From the IMG/VR virus record IMGVR_UViG_3300021425_000005: 64,000 nucleotides of DNA, one strand, 5' to 3'. Shown here piece after piece: positions 48,273-57,409 of this stretch. Each line of letters starts with the position of its first letter. The first letter of the stretch is position 1. A program made the translations under genes and the position numbers. Source of the DNA: a virus. The notes beneath the pieces were generated by a model that saw nothing but the letters and a program-made list of their open reading frames with translations, had not been told where the DNA came from and searched no databases.

Positions 48273-49395
48273 TAAAATATTCCTTATAGTATTTCTTCAC
48301 TTCACTGATTGCAACATCTTCTTTCATTGAGTTTTTTGTAAAGCGGTCATAATTAAAAGTTAACACCCCACGCATTTTTTCAAACCACTCAACTTTATCT
48401 TCAATCGAATCAATATATCTCAGGACATCGATAATAGCATTCATACGTTCTTTATCGTTTTCAATGTCGTCATATGACTCATCAAAGTATTTAGAGAATG
48501 TTCGATAACCCCGTTTCTTCATTGAATTCAATGAACCCTTGCCTCCCAGAATGATAAAGGGATGAAAACAGGAAATTGGTTTGAATACCTTTTCACTATT
48601 AAACACTGAATTCTCAAAGCTATAATATTGCGGTTCACTAACCACTGTCACGAAGGTTTGTAATGCATATTCTGGATGAACTCTAGTGACATATTGACCA
48701 TAATTACTATCATCATGAACTTCTCCATGAATCCAGATACCGCGATCTGGATAACTACAAAGACCACTATTAACAATTCCAGTCTCATTCATTAAATCGA
48801 AAAATTGTTCTCTGTGACCTCTTGGTCTTTTTTGTGGGCAGTTAAAAGTCCATGTTTTATTATTTTTCTTATATTCAATATGGTCTTTAACTGATGGTGT
48901 ATAGACTTTCTGATGGGTGCAGAATATTTCTTCTTCAAAACAAGCATATGGAACACATTTAATCTTATCAATGATATCCCTGTCAATACACCATTCTTTA
49001 TACAAGTCATCAACGATTGCATTCCCTGTCACATAAATTAATGCTCTTGGTGGAATAGACCTTTCTTCTAAACAATCATGGAAGAAGTTAAACAACCATT
49101 TAGGATGATATCCCTCGTGTGATGCATCAATCATTAGCAATGCATGACCGTCTCTCAAATCAGTCAAATACTCTTCATTTAAATTATCGAATATATTTTT
49201 ACCATTGCATTGCCCAGACCACCCATCAGGATGATTCTTTACACCAACAGGAATGATGTAATTTTCATTTGTATGAACAAGCAATTCTGGGATACTGGAA
49301 AATCGCAACTCTCTGCTTACCATCGGAGATATTCCATAAATAGCAGGATCGTTGAAATTTATTAAAGTTTTGTAATTTTCAAATCTATAATTCAT
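48265..49395 (-). CDS. Hypothetical protein, possible GT-B glycosyltransferase
   Basis: RPRGHR, VVSE, SEKVFKPI..HPFIILG, GYRTF..FDESYD. Confidence 0.5.
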   Translation of the reverse strand: MNYRFENYKTLINFNDPAIYGISPMVSRELRFSSIPELLVHTNENYIIPVGVKNHPDGWSGQCNGKNIFDNLNEEYLTDLRDGHALLMIDASHEGYHPKWLFNFFHDCLEERSIPPRALIYVTGNAIVDDLYKEWCIDRDIIDKIKCVPYACFEEEIFCTHQKVYTPSVKDHIEYKKNNKTWTFNCPQKRPRGHREQFFDLMNETGIVNSGLCSYPDRGIWIHGEVHDDSNYGQYVTRVHPEYALQTFVTVVSEPQYYSFENSVFNSEKVFKPISCFHPFIILGGKGSLNSMKKRGYRTFSKYFDESYDDIENDKERMNAIIDVLRYIDSIEDKVEWFEKMRGVLTFNYDRFTKNSMKEDVAISEVKKYYKEYFNE

Positions 49396-50420
49396 TACAT
49401 CAACCTATCTTTCCATGTAATAGGTGTCAAATCATTAACAATTTCTAAGTTGTAATTGTAATCGAATGGTCTTGGTCCATTTTCCTTAATATAATTCACA
49501 GTCTTCTCCACAGCTTCAGAAACAGATGTTTTTGTCTCATAACCCAACAACTCTCGAGCCTTGTCACTATTACAAGTGGCAATCTTAACTTCAGCTGGTC
49601 TGTCTTTCATGTAAATCGGTTCGAAATCAGTCTCACATGCAGCATTTACAAGTTTGACAGCCTCATTGATAGTGATAGGATTTTCATCTGGTCCAATATT
49701 GATAATTTGACTTTTGATCTGTGGGTCTAATGCCATCTTCTCCAGACATTCAACACAATCTCCAACATACGAAAAACAACGCTTCTGTTCGCCATCTCCA
49801 TATACAATTGGTTGCTTTCCATTTAGAATACGATTCGCCATAATACTCAAGACATTACGATAAGGATCGTCATATCTCTGTCGCTCACCCACAATATTAT
49901 GTGGAACTGCAATATTCCATTCCATACCATGGAGATCTGCCAACATTTTCAGAGTCTGTTCGACTGCAACTTTGGCTATACCATAGGGGTCTACTGGCAT
50001 TGGTTTCATGTGTTCTCTGAATTCAATATGGCATCCCGAATCTCTCGGTAATCCCTGATTACCATATCGAGCCATACTACTGCAGAATACAAACCGCTTA
50101 ACACCAGCTGCAATTGCTGCACTTGTAACAGATACACTTGCTTCGTAGATATTCTTCGTGATGAAAGATGGGCTAAAGACAGATAGACCTTCGTGTGCAG
50201 TAGCTGCTGCATGGACAACAACTTCACAATCCTGAATCAGGAACTTCATTAAATCTTGGTCTCTGCAATCCGCCTTTGTGAATTTCACCATCGGATCTAC
50301 ATTACGAATAAATCCGCCGATTAGATTATCAACACCAACAACCTGATGTCCTAATTCTAAAAACCTATCAGCTAGATGACTGCCCAGAAATCCTGCGACA
50401 CCTGTTATAAAAATCTTCAT
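49395..50420 (-). CDS. NAD-dependent nucleotide-sugar epimerase/dehydratase
   Basis: ITGVAGFLG, SSMARYG, YGIAK, GDGEQKRCFSY. Confidence 0.9.
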   Translation of the reverse strand: MKIFITGVAGFLGSHLADRFLELGHQVVGVDNLIGGFIRNVDPMVKFTKADCRDQDLMKFLIQDCEVVVHAAATAHEGLSVFSPSFITKNIYEASVSVTSAAIAAGVKRFVFCSSMARYGNQGLPRDSGCHIEFREHMKPMPVDPYGIAKVAVEQTLKMLADLHGMEWNIAVPHNIVGERQRYDDPYRNVLSIMANRILNGKQPIVYGDGEQKRCFSYVGDCVECLEKMALDPQIKSQIINIGPDENPITINEAVKLVNAACETDFEPIYMKDRPAEVKIATCNSDKARELLGYETKTSVSEAVEKTVNYIKENGPRPFDYNYNLEIVNDLTPITWKDRLM

Positions 50421-51765
50421 ATTCGGGAAATGTTTCTAAAAAGTTTGTTCCGCGTCTGCGGTCATATTCATTAAACCAATTGTAAAAGTCTTTACGACCT
50501 TCGTTAATCTTTTCTTCACCATAGTCACTCGTCTTCATATAATCGTGGACGCGACGAAATTTCTCATACTCAACTGTCTGAAACATAGTTGGATCAGAAT
50601 CATCAACATTCGCCTCTATATATTCGAGACATTCGGACATATATGGCATGAACTCATCTTTTGGTAAGATGTTCATATCATAATGCAAAGGCTCTTTTAA
50701 ATATGGCGTATCAAACCGAATAGTTCTTTGTGAGTCGCTAGTTGGTATAATAACACCATCATACTTCTTACGCCACTCTAAGATTTTCTCAAGCAAAGAC
50801 TTAAATGTAGATACAGTTAGGGCGTTAAAAGTAATCATCAGATTGATTGGAGTCTTGGCTTGTGTAGCAAAGATATCGATATTCTTTTCCCACAACTCCA
50901 AGTCTAGACCTGTTCTAATATATTCTGCTCGCTCATTCCAGCAATCAATACTTGTATAAAGAGCAAACTGTTTCACAGCGTTTTTCGCGGTGATTAAATT
51001 TACATTCGCCGCAAGATTTTCAACGAATGTGGTTTTCACACCCATATTACTATTAACATTCAACTCAAGGTGTGGCAAGGGATTCTTATGCAATTCCTCA
51101 AATAACCGCCATGTAGATTTATGCATTAATGGCTCACCACCCGTCAGCCGAAGAATCTGTAATGTCTTTGATACCTCTGGCCACCATTCCCACCATGCCT
51201 TGATATATGGATTATTATCTTCTTCGTGTGGTTTGAACCAATCGATATCTAGTCTGTGGTTCTCAACCATATCATATGGACCAAACTTCTTAATTTCTTG
51301 TGTGTATGAAGAACTTGATACAGGGTGACAATAACCACATTTAAAGTTACATTCATTACTGAAAGCTAACTCGATGTAGTCTGGATTAACATCAAAGTCC
51401 CAAGGTTTTGTTTCGATTTCTTTTTGCCTTTCGGGTGTATAAAGGCTACCAGATCTTATAACTCGATCTGATATATAATCTTCGCCCATGTCTTCAACAT
51501 TCCAACAATACTGACACCCAACACAGCGTTCACCATCTAGCATTTCTTTACGCTCGAGTTTTTTATGTGGGGTATTATGAAGTTGACTAGGATTCTCAGC
51601 TAACCCTTCTAGTGGAATCTTATGAGGTGCAGGATGATAGCATGAATGTGTCATCCCAGTATGAAGATATATGGTTGTGTGATGCCACTTAGCAAAACAA
51701 AATGTTGGACTAAATACTTCATCCATAGCATCGCGCAATAGTAATGCTTTATCTAAATCGCTCAT
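50368..51765 (-). CDS. Radical SAM protein with N-terminal Cys-rich (twitch-like) domain
   Basis: CNFKCGYC, GGEP, N-terminal CFAKW..SCYH..CVGCQYCW. Confidence 0.85.
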   Translation of the reverse strand: MSDLDKALLLRDAMDEVFSPTFCFAKWHHTTIYLHTGMTHSCYHPAPHKIPLEGLAENPSQLHNTPHKKLERKEMLDGERCVGCQYCWNVEDMGEDYISDRVIRSGSLYTPERQKEIETKPWDFDVNPDYIELAFSNECNFKCGYCHPVSSSSYTQEIKKFGPYDMVENHRLDIDWFKPHEEDNNPYIKAWWEWWPEVSKTLQILRLTGGEPLMHKSTWRLFEELHKNPLPHLELNVNSNMGVKTTFVENLAANVNLITAKNAVKQFALYTSIDCWNERAEYIRTGLDLELWEKNIDIFATQAKTPINLMITFNALTVSTFKSLLEKILEWRKKYDGVIIPTSDSQRTIRFDTPYLKEPLHYDMNILPKDEFMPYMSECLEYIEANVDDSDPTMFQTVEYEKFRRVHDYMKTSDYGEEKINEGRKDFYNWFNEYDRRRGTNFLETFPEYEDFYNRCRRISGQSSS

Positions 51766-52484
51766 ATTAATCTTTCCCATTCAAATTGAATGATATTATC
51801 TCGAATCCATAATTCAGGATTGTCATTGCGATATCCCACTTTGTCTATCAAGTTTTTCCTCGTATTCTCATCCAAGATCGGATGAATTATCGTGTTATCA
51901 TCAGGGTATGTTGTTTTCCCGCAATCTTCTCTAAATCTCGTTGTTCTTGCAGCTCTTGTCAAGTTTATCTTAAAGGGGATAGTCGTTGGTTTTAGATAAC
52001 TGTTCAAACGATCAATGAATAATCTATCTCCAAAATGCCAGTTGACAAACTCTTCGTCATAACCACCAGAACGCCACCAACTATCAGTCTTGACACAATA
52101 ATCATTATGTGTTGTCTCGCCAGTATCCTCAATAATGAAATTGAAGTATTCGTTTTCTTCAGCTGACTTCACATATCTTTCTAGAACTGGTGCAACCTCT
52201 CTGATTCCTTTGCGGTCAATATCAATCATCAATGCCCATTCAGTCTCAACATGTTTCATAGCGAGGTTTCTTGCACCATGAGAATTAAATCCAATGTCTT
52301 CTTTAACTCTAAATAACTTTAAATTTTTCTCAGGATACATACGACAAATAGGTTCAGCTGGAGTATTTGGAGAACCATCATCGATAATAATGAATTGGTC
52401 AAAAATATCTTCATTGAACTCATTTTCTAGATAGTTCTTCAGCCGATATGGGTCTTCAAAATATGTTGTGATCAATGTAATCAT
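51762..52484 (-). CDS. Glycosyltransferase (GT2/GT7-like)
   Basis: IIDDGS, ARNL, DID, GGYDEEF..GD. Confidence 0.8.
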   Translation of the reverse strand: MITLITTYFEDPYRLKNYLENEFNEDIFDQFIIIDDGSPNTPAEPICRMYPEKNLKLFRVKEDIGFNSHGARNLAMKHVETEWALMIDIDRKGIREVAPVLERYVKSAEENEYFNFIIEDTGETTHNDYCVKTDSWWRSGGYDEEFVNWHFGDRLFIDRLNSYLKPTTIPFKINLTRAARTTRFREDCGKTTYPDDNTIIHPILDENTRKNLIDKVGYRNDNPELWIRDNIIQFEWERLI

Positions 52485-53098
52485 TTGACGCCGACTACCA
52501 TAAACCTCTGAAACTCTGTATCATTTGGACCACCGCATGGGAAAGAAAACTCAGTTTGAACATTCTCACATAGGTTAATCTTTTTAAACTCTTCAATGTT
52601 ATGCGCACAACGGATATGTTCTGGATCATCCCAAAAGTTGTTTCCCTGTAACGCATAAAGAGTTCCAGCTGGAATGCGTTTCCACCAAGATTCATATACC
52701 TCTTGTGTTACATGTTCTGTGCTGGTATTGATAACTGTGTGTGGTGGATGCTGTTCAGAATATTCAAAGTGTTGCATGTCGTGAGTAAACCCAACAACTT
52801 TAGAACGTCCATTGTATGTATTCTTAATTACCCAATCACAAACAGGATCTTTATCGATAGAAACGATAACCTGTGTTTGCAGATTATAGGAATCTTCTAT
52901 CAATTTCCCAAGGATGCCATACCAACCACCAAAAATATAGACGTTGCCGAGATTACTGAAATCTTCAAGCGCATACAGCAAATGACTCTTACTGGTGAGT
53001 TGACTCTCCCAGAAACAGTCCATAAATCTTTCGGCTAGATCGGGGTGAAACCGAATAAACTTCATCCAGTCTGCAAGGGTTTCAGGTTTAACTTCCAT
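52481..53098 (-). CDS. Class I SAM methyltransferase-like protein
   Basis: IFGGWYG, SIDKD, INTSTEH. Confidence 0.7.
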   Translation of the reverse strand: MEVKPETLADWMKFIRFHPDLAERFMDCFWESQLTSKSHLLYALEDFSNLGNVYIFGGWYGILGKLIEDSYNLQTQVIVSIDKDPVCDWVIKNTYNGRSKVVGFTHDMQHFEYSEQHPPHTVINTSTEHVTQEVYESWWKRIPAGTLYALQGNNFWDDPEHIRCAHNIEEFKKINLCENVQTEFSFPCGGPNDTEFQRFMVVGVK

Positions 53099-53903
53099 TT
53101 AAATAATCTACAAAAAAATTAGCTAACAGCTCGTTATGAATTGGTCCAGGATGTTGTAAGTCTCTGGCATAGTCATCATAATTATTGTGTTGGGCTCCAA
53201 GGAATGTATCAATTGTCAAACCCTCATAATGTTCATGTGTATCAACAATCAATAATTTAGAATTATGATAATCACATAATCCCTTGATAGCCCACAGGCT
53301 ACGAGACTTAGCTATCTTTGCATCTTTCTCATTCATGAACATACTAAGTTCGTGTTCGGTATAATCTTTTGACCGACCGAGATGCCAAGCACCCAATGTA
53401 AGAAAATGTTTAGGGTCTGCATGTTCATTAAAATATTCTCGCCGAGTTCCAGGATTCACGAACATAAAAACATACTTAGACTTCAGCCTCGGGAGCCAAT
53501 ATTCTAATGTTCTATAATTAGTTTCATACCCCATACCAGAAGCACCAAGATTATATGTCATTATGCCCATCTTTTGAGAGACATAGGCTGGCCAAGTATT
53601 TTTTTCTGGTAATCCCAATCCAAAGGTGCAACTACACCCCAATGCTATTACGCTATCTCGGTCATGAGTATCGGGAAAGTTTACTGTTCTAAAACCCCAT
53701 TCATTTATATCATAATCAATATTATATTTTGTCCAACCCATGCCGTCGATAAGTTCTCTTGATTTCGGCACACTAATATTGTATTCGAAGATTTCTTCTG
53801 TATCTGAAGAATACCACTTAGTCGACCCACCATATCGATATGATGAGTCGGGAAGTCCAATGCTACTCTCAGGGGGGTGTCTACAGATTTGGGACTTTTT
53901 CAC
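53088..53903 (-). CDS. SGNH/GDSL-like hydrolase
   Basis: INEWGFR, GCSCTFGLG, NLGASG, RDLQHPG. Confidence 0.65.
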   Translation of the reverse strand: MKKSQICRHPPESSIGLPDSSYRYGGSTKWYSSDTEEIFEYNISVPKSRELIDGMGWTKYNIDYDINEWGFRTVNFPDTHDRDSVIALGCSCTFGLGLPEKNTWPAYVSQKMGIMTYNLGASGMGYETNYRTLEYWLPRLKSKYVFMFVNPGTRREYFNEHADPKHFLTLGAWHLGRSKDYTEHELSMFMNEKDAKIAKSRSLWAIKGLCDYHNSKLLIVDTHEHYEGLTIDTFLGAQHNNYDDYARDLQHPGPIHNELLANFFVDYLNGS

Positions 53904-54253
53904 TATCTTCTCATATTACTAATATCAGTTGCCTGCTCTTTATTTATCACAGGAACTGCATTAGATTTATGCATGGTGGCAATACCCTTGATTAAATCCC
54001 CTGTATAAACATTAGTATCTTTTTTTCCAACTGATGTGGGTATTCGATCGGAGGTCTGAACTCCTTGTCTTTCCATCCGAGAAGGTAATTCCACCATAGA
54101 ACCGCGTTTAGCAACACGAGAACCAACATCAGATAAACCCATCTTCGCCAAAAATTTCTCATGCTCAGTTTTAGCCTTTGATAAAGATTTACGATTAGTT
54201 TTTTTACGCTTCGATCTCTCAACGATGCGCACTCTTTCCATATGCATAGTCAT
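53903..54253 (-). CDS. Basic hypothetical protein
   Basis: YTGDLIKGIATMHKSNAVPV; GGAGG SD and its own promoter. Confidence 0.65.
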   Translation of the reverse strand: MTMHMERVRIVERSKRKKTNRKSLSKAKTEHEKFLAKMGLSDVGSRVAKRGSMVELPSRMERQGVQTSDRIPTSVGKKDTNVYTGDLIKGIATMHKSNAVPVINKEQATDISNMRR

Positions 54254-54267
54254 TAGAAAATCCTCCT

Positions 54268-54304
54268 TATAAATAGTTATACTATACTATGCTTGTTATG
54301 TCAA
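54268..54304. promoter_or_regulatory. Late promoter (+, 54268-75) abutting a sigma70 promoter TTGACA-17-TATAAC (-)
   Basis: Both motifs read directly at the strand switch. Confidence 0.7.
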
Positions 54305-54330
54305 GAAAAATATAGTCAGAGAGAGATTTC

Positions 54331-55176
54331 ATGACAAAAATAATAAAATATTTGGCATTTATGCCATTGCTCATCGCACCTGTTTTGGCTCAAGACTATC
54401 AATATCAAGATGGTTCTAATTCCTCTTATACGATTATTGACAATAACACAACAACAGATTCTACGGTGAATTCGACTAACACGAACACCAATACAAATGT
54501 CAATACAAATACGAATACAAACACATCGACTTCGACTTCGAACAACACAAATTCGAATACGAATGTGAATACCAACACCAACACTTCGACAGTAAATAAC
54601 ACTACTGAATCGACAATCAATCAGAGTGTTGAACAGAATAACACGAATAACAATACGAATAACAACACATCGACATCGACATCAACCAGTCAGTCTGATG
54701 TGACAACAGACAACACCAACACCAATAAGAATTATAGTAAGACCGAAATTGAATCGCCACCACCTAGTGCGATTGCTCCAAGTATCGGATCTTCGTATTC
54801 ACAAGACCTTTGCACGACTGGCGTCTCAGCTGCCGTTCAGACACAGATACTGGGTTTGTCAGGCGGTAAAGCGGTTCGTGATATGAACTGTGAACGCATC
54901 AAACTTTCTAAGACACTCTATGATATGGGTATGAAAGTTGCTGCAGTATCTACTATGTGTCAAGATGAGCGTGTATTCAAAGCTATGTTAATGGCTGGAA
55001 CGCCTTGTCCATTTGAAGGTAAGATTGGTAAAGAGGCTCTGGAACTCTGGAAAAAATATCCAGAACTTATTCCAAACAACGCTTTAGACGAAGTAAAAAT
55101 AAAGGAAAACCTCGAAGATGATAGCAAGACTGGTTACGCTATTGGTGGTGCTTTGTTGCTTCTCCTCTTACTCTAA
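54331..55176 (+). CDS. Secreted Asn/Thr-rich protein with Cys domain and C-terminal hydrophobic anchor
   Basis: Signal peptide (..APVLA-Q), NTNT tracts, PPPSAIAP..C..C..C..GTPCP, terminal LLLLLL. Confidence 0.7.
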   Translation: MTKIIKYLAFMPLLIAPVLAQDYQYQDGSNSSYTIIDNNTTTDSTVNSTNTNTNTNVNTNTNTNTSTSTSNNTNSNTNVNTNTNTSTVNNTTESTINQSVEQNNTNNNTNNNTSTSTSTSQSDVTTDNTNTNKNYSKTEIESPPPSAIAPSIGSSYSQDLCTTGVSAAVQTQILGLSGGKAVRDMNCERIKLSKTLYDMGMKVAAVSTMCQDERVFKAMLMAGTPCPFEGKIGKEALELWKKYPELIPNNALDEVKIKENLEDDSKTGYAIGGALLLLLLL

Positions 55177-57031
55177 CGCACAAACATACATCGGTGATAA
55201 TCCCAATGCATTGAACTTGGGTGACGACTCATGGTCAGCAGTTGACTTGGGATTCGATATATCTTATTTTGGTCAGACATTCGACAAAATAACAATCTAC
55301 AATAACGGTATGGCAAAGTTTGGCAATAATGGACAATATGTTCAAAATTGTTGTAACGGTTACAAACCAACACAAGACCAACACGATTATGGTATCTTCC
55401 CTTTCTGGACTGACCTCATAACAATCAATAACAATACAACTACTGGTTTACAAGGTGTTTATTATCTAAGTGACAATGTTGATACATTTCAGATGGCGTG
55501 GATAGACATAAGCGAGTTTTACAATGACCAGACAAGTAACACATTTGGTGTAGAAATCAAATCAACATCTGATGGTGCGCTGATTGATTTTTTCTATGAA
55601 GGAATAGATATAAGAAATCACGATGTCTGGTCTGGTCTTACTGGTGATATATCAGAGGGTGAAGTGATTGAGAACTTCTTTCATCAATATTCAACAGATG
55701 GTGTATTATCAGGTGGTTCTGAATTAGATTTTTCTTGGAGTCAGTCAGGTTACTTAAACTGTTCCAACCCACTAAATGACCCAAGTTGTGAAGGTTATGA
55801 ACAAGCATATTTCGAACAACAGTGTTCTGCTAATGCTTTGTATGACCCACAATGTCCTGGATACGAACAAGCATACTTCGAACAACAGTGTTCTGCTGAT
55901 TCGTTATACGACCCATCATGCCCTGGATACGAACAGGCATATCTTAACCAGCAATGTAGTCAAGACTCTTTATATGACCCATCATGCCCTGGATACGAAC
56001 AGGCATATGAAGACCAACAATGTTCTCTCGACCCACTTTGGTCACCGAAGTGTTCAGGATACCAAATGGCGTATGAAGAGCAACAATGTTCATTGAATCC
56101 ACAATACAAACCAACTTGTATTGGGTATCGATTTGAAGATACTACAATGAGCAGTAGCATTGATACGACAGAATATGACGCATTTGGTAATATCAAATCA
56201 GAAGAAACTCAAATATATCTCGAAGAAACTGATGAATACTTTTTTTCAGAAGAAGTTTATGAAGAAGCAGTTGAAGAACTTGTTATATTAGAAGAAATTG
56301 TTGAGGACTTCGATGTCCTTGAAGAAGAAACAGAGATTATTGAAGAAAAAGAAGAAGAGGTAGAAGAAGATGTGGTGGTTGTTGCCGAAACACCTTCAGA
56401 AGAAGTATCTGACGAAGGAGGAACAACTCAAACGAGAAGTTCAGGTTCTAAAGTTGGTCTTAGTGTCGGTCTTGGCACTGCAAATAGCCTTGTTAGTAGT
56501 CTTATAAGCAGATCTATTGAGTCTGGGTTGTCAAATACGGCTCAAGGAGTCGGTTCAGGCGGTTTTTACGGCTCTGATACACAAAATATGGCTAATTTAG
56601 CCGCAACTGGCGGTGATTTTGGTGAAATGACAAATACAAATACTGCCGAACAAGAAATTAATGACAGTTTTGCTGGTATTTCTGGCGTTGGTGCGCCAAT
56701 ACCACTAACTACAACCGAAAATTCAGGTAATAGTGGGGTTGAGATAGAGAAGCCCAAATCATTAGCTGAAAAAATGGCTGAAAAAGTGCGAAAAAACAAC
56801 CTTGACAACCAAAAAGGCATCTTTAACAAACAAATCACCATGCTTGAGAATATTGCAAGCGCGACTGACTTGAATAAATACTATGATGAACGACTAAAAG
56901 ACGCTTCGGATTGGTATGGATCTGATCAAGTTTACTCTGGAAACCGAATCAGCGATAGTAATAAGTCTTTTTACAGGATGAATTCAGAAAACTATGGTCT
57001 AATGAAACAATTAATTAGGAGTCAATACTAA
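55118..57031 (+). CDS. Secreted protein with NIDO-like domain, Cys repeats and acidic tract
   Basis: Signal peptide, LGDD..LGF..FGQTF..NNG..PFWTDL..NTF, six repeats of about 22 aa. Confidence 0.7.
   Translation: MIARLVTLLVVLCCFSSYSNAQTYIGDNPNALNLGDDSWSAVDLGFDISYFGQTFDKITIYNNGMAKFGNNGQYVQNCCNGYKPTQDQHDYGIFPFWTDLITINNNTTTGLQGVYYLSDNVDTFQMAWIDISEFYNDQTSNTFGVEIKSTSDGALIDFFYEGIDIRNHDVWSGLTGDISEGEVIENFFHQYSTDGVLSGGSELDFSWSQSGYLNCSNPLNDPSCEGYEQAYFEQQCSANALYDPQCPGYEQAYFEQQCSADSLYDPSCPGYEQAYLNQQCSQDSLYDPSCPGYEQAYEDQQCSLDPLWSPKCSGYQMAYEEQQCSLNPQYKPTCIGYRFEDTTMSSSIDTTEYDAFGNIKSEETQIYLEETDEYFFSEEVYEEAVEELVILEEIVEDFDVLEEETEIIEEKEEEVEEDVVVVAETPSEEVSDEGGTTQTRSSGSKVGLSVGLGTANSLVSSLISRSIESGLSNTAQGVGSGGFYGSDTQNMANLAATGGDFGEMTNTNTAEQEINDSFAGISGVGAPIPLTTTENSGNSGVEIEKPKSLAEKMAEKVRKNNLDNQKGIFNKQITMLENIASATDLNKYYDERLKDASDWYGSDQVYSGNRISDSNKSFYRMNSENYGLMKQLIRSQY
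55760..56127 (+). repeat. About 66-bp coding tandem repeat x6 (CSxDxLYDPxCPGYEQAYxxQQ)
   Basis: Near-identical gacccatcatgccctggatacgaacaggcatat units. Confidence 0.9.
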
Positions 57032-57402
57032 TGGCAGAAGTAGAAGTAGGTGGAATCAAGTTTACTGGCGGCAAAATGTCCGCAGTTCTCATTGCATTGT
57101 CCACAGCGGCTGGTATCGTTTGGGGTGCAGCTGAATTTTATGGCGATTACATGGATATGAAAGAAAGAATTTCAACATACGAAGCACCAGATCTGAGCGG
57201 CATCGAACAGAAACTTGCTGTCCAACAAGAAGCGGTAGATCGATCTGTCGCTGACCTTGAACAGATTAGAGATGATAACAGAGACGCACTCAAAAGATTA
57301 TACGAACTAGAAACAACAACCCAGAAAGAACTTCTTGACATTCGTAAATCAATAAGAACACAAATCCAAGAAGCATTGGAAAATCCTCTAGCTGGGAAAT
57401 AG
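57031..57402 (+). CDS. Membrane-anchored coiled-coil protein
   Basis: N-terminal hydrophobic helix, heptads, terminal ALENPLA. Confidence 0.65.
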   Translation: MAEVEVGGIKFTGGKMSAVLIALSTAAGIVWGAAEFYGDYMDMKERISTYEAPDLSGIEQKLAVQQEAVDRSVADLEQIRDDNRDALKRLYELETTTQKELLDIRKSIRTQIQEALENPLAGK

Positions 57403-57409
57403 ATAATTT

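Noticed and set aside
44402-53903. Known DNA hypermodification pathway (hmC/hmU or 7-deazaguanine)
   Set aside because: No hydroxymethylase, queC/D/E, dpdA or kinase genes recognised here. DNA as the target is not excluded but is unsupported.
55760-56127. CRISPR-like array
   Set aside because: In-frame coding repeats with synonymous variation and no unique spacers or cas genes
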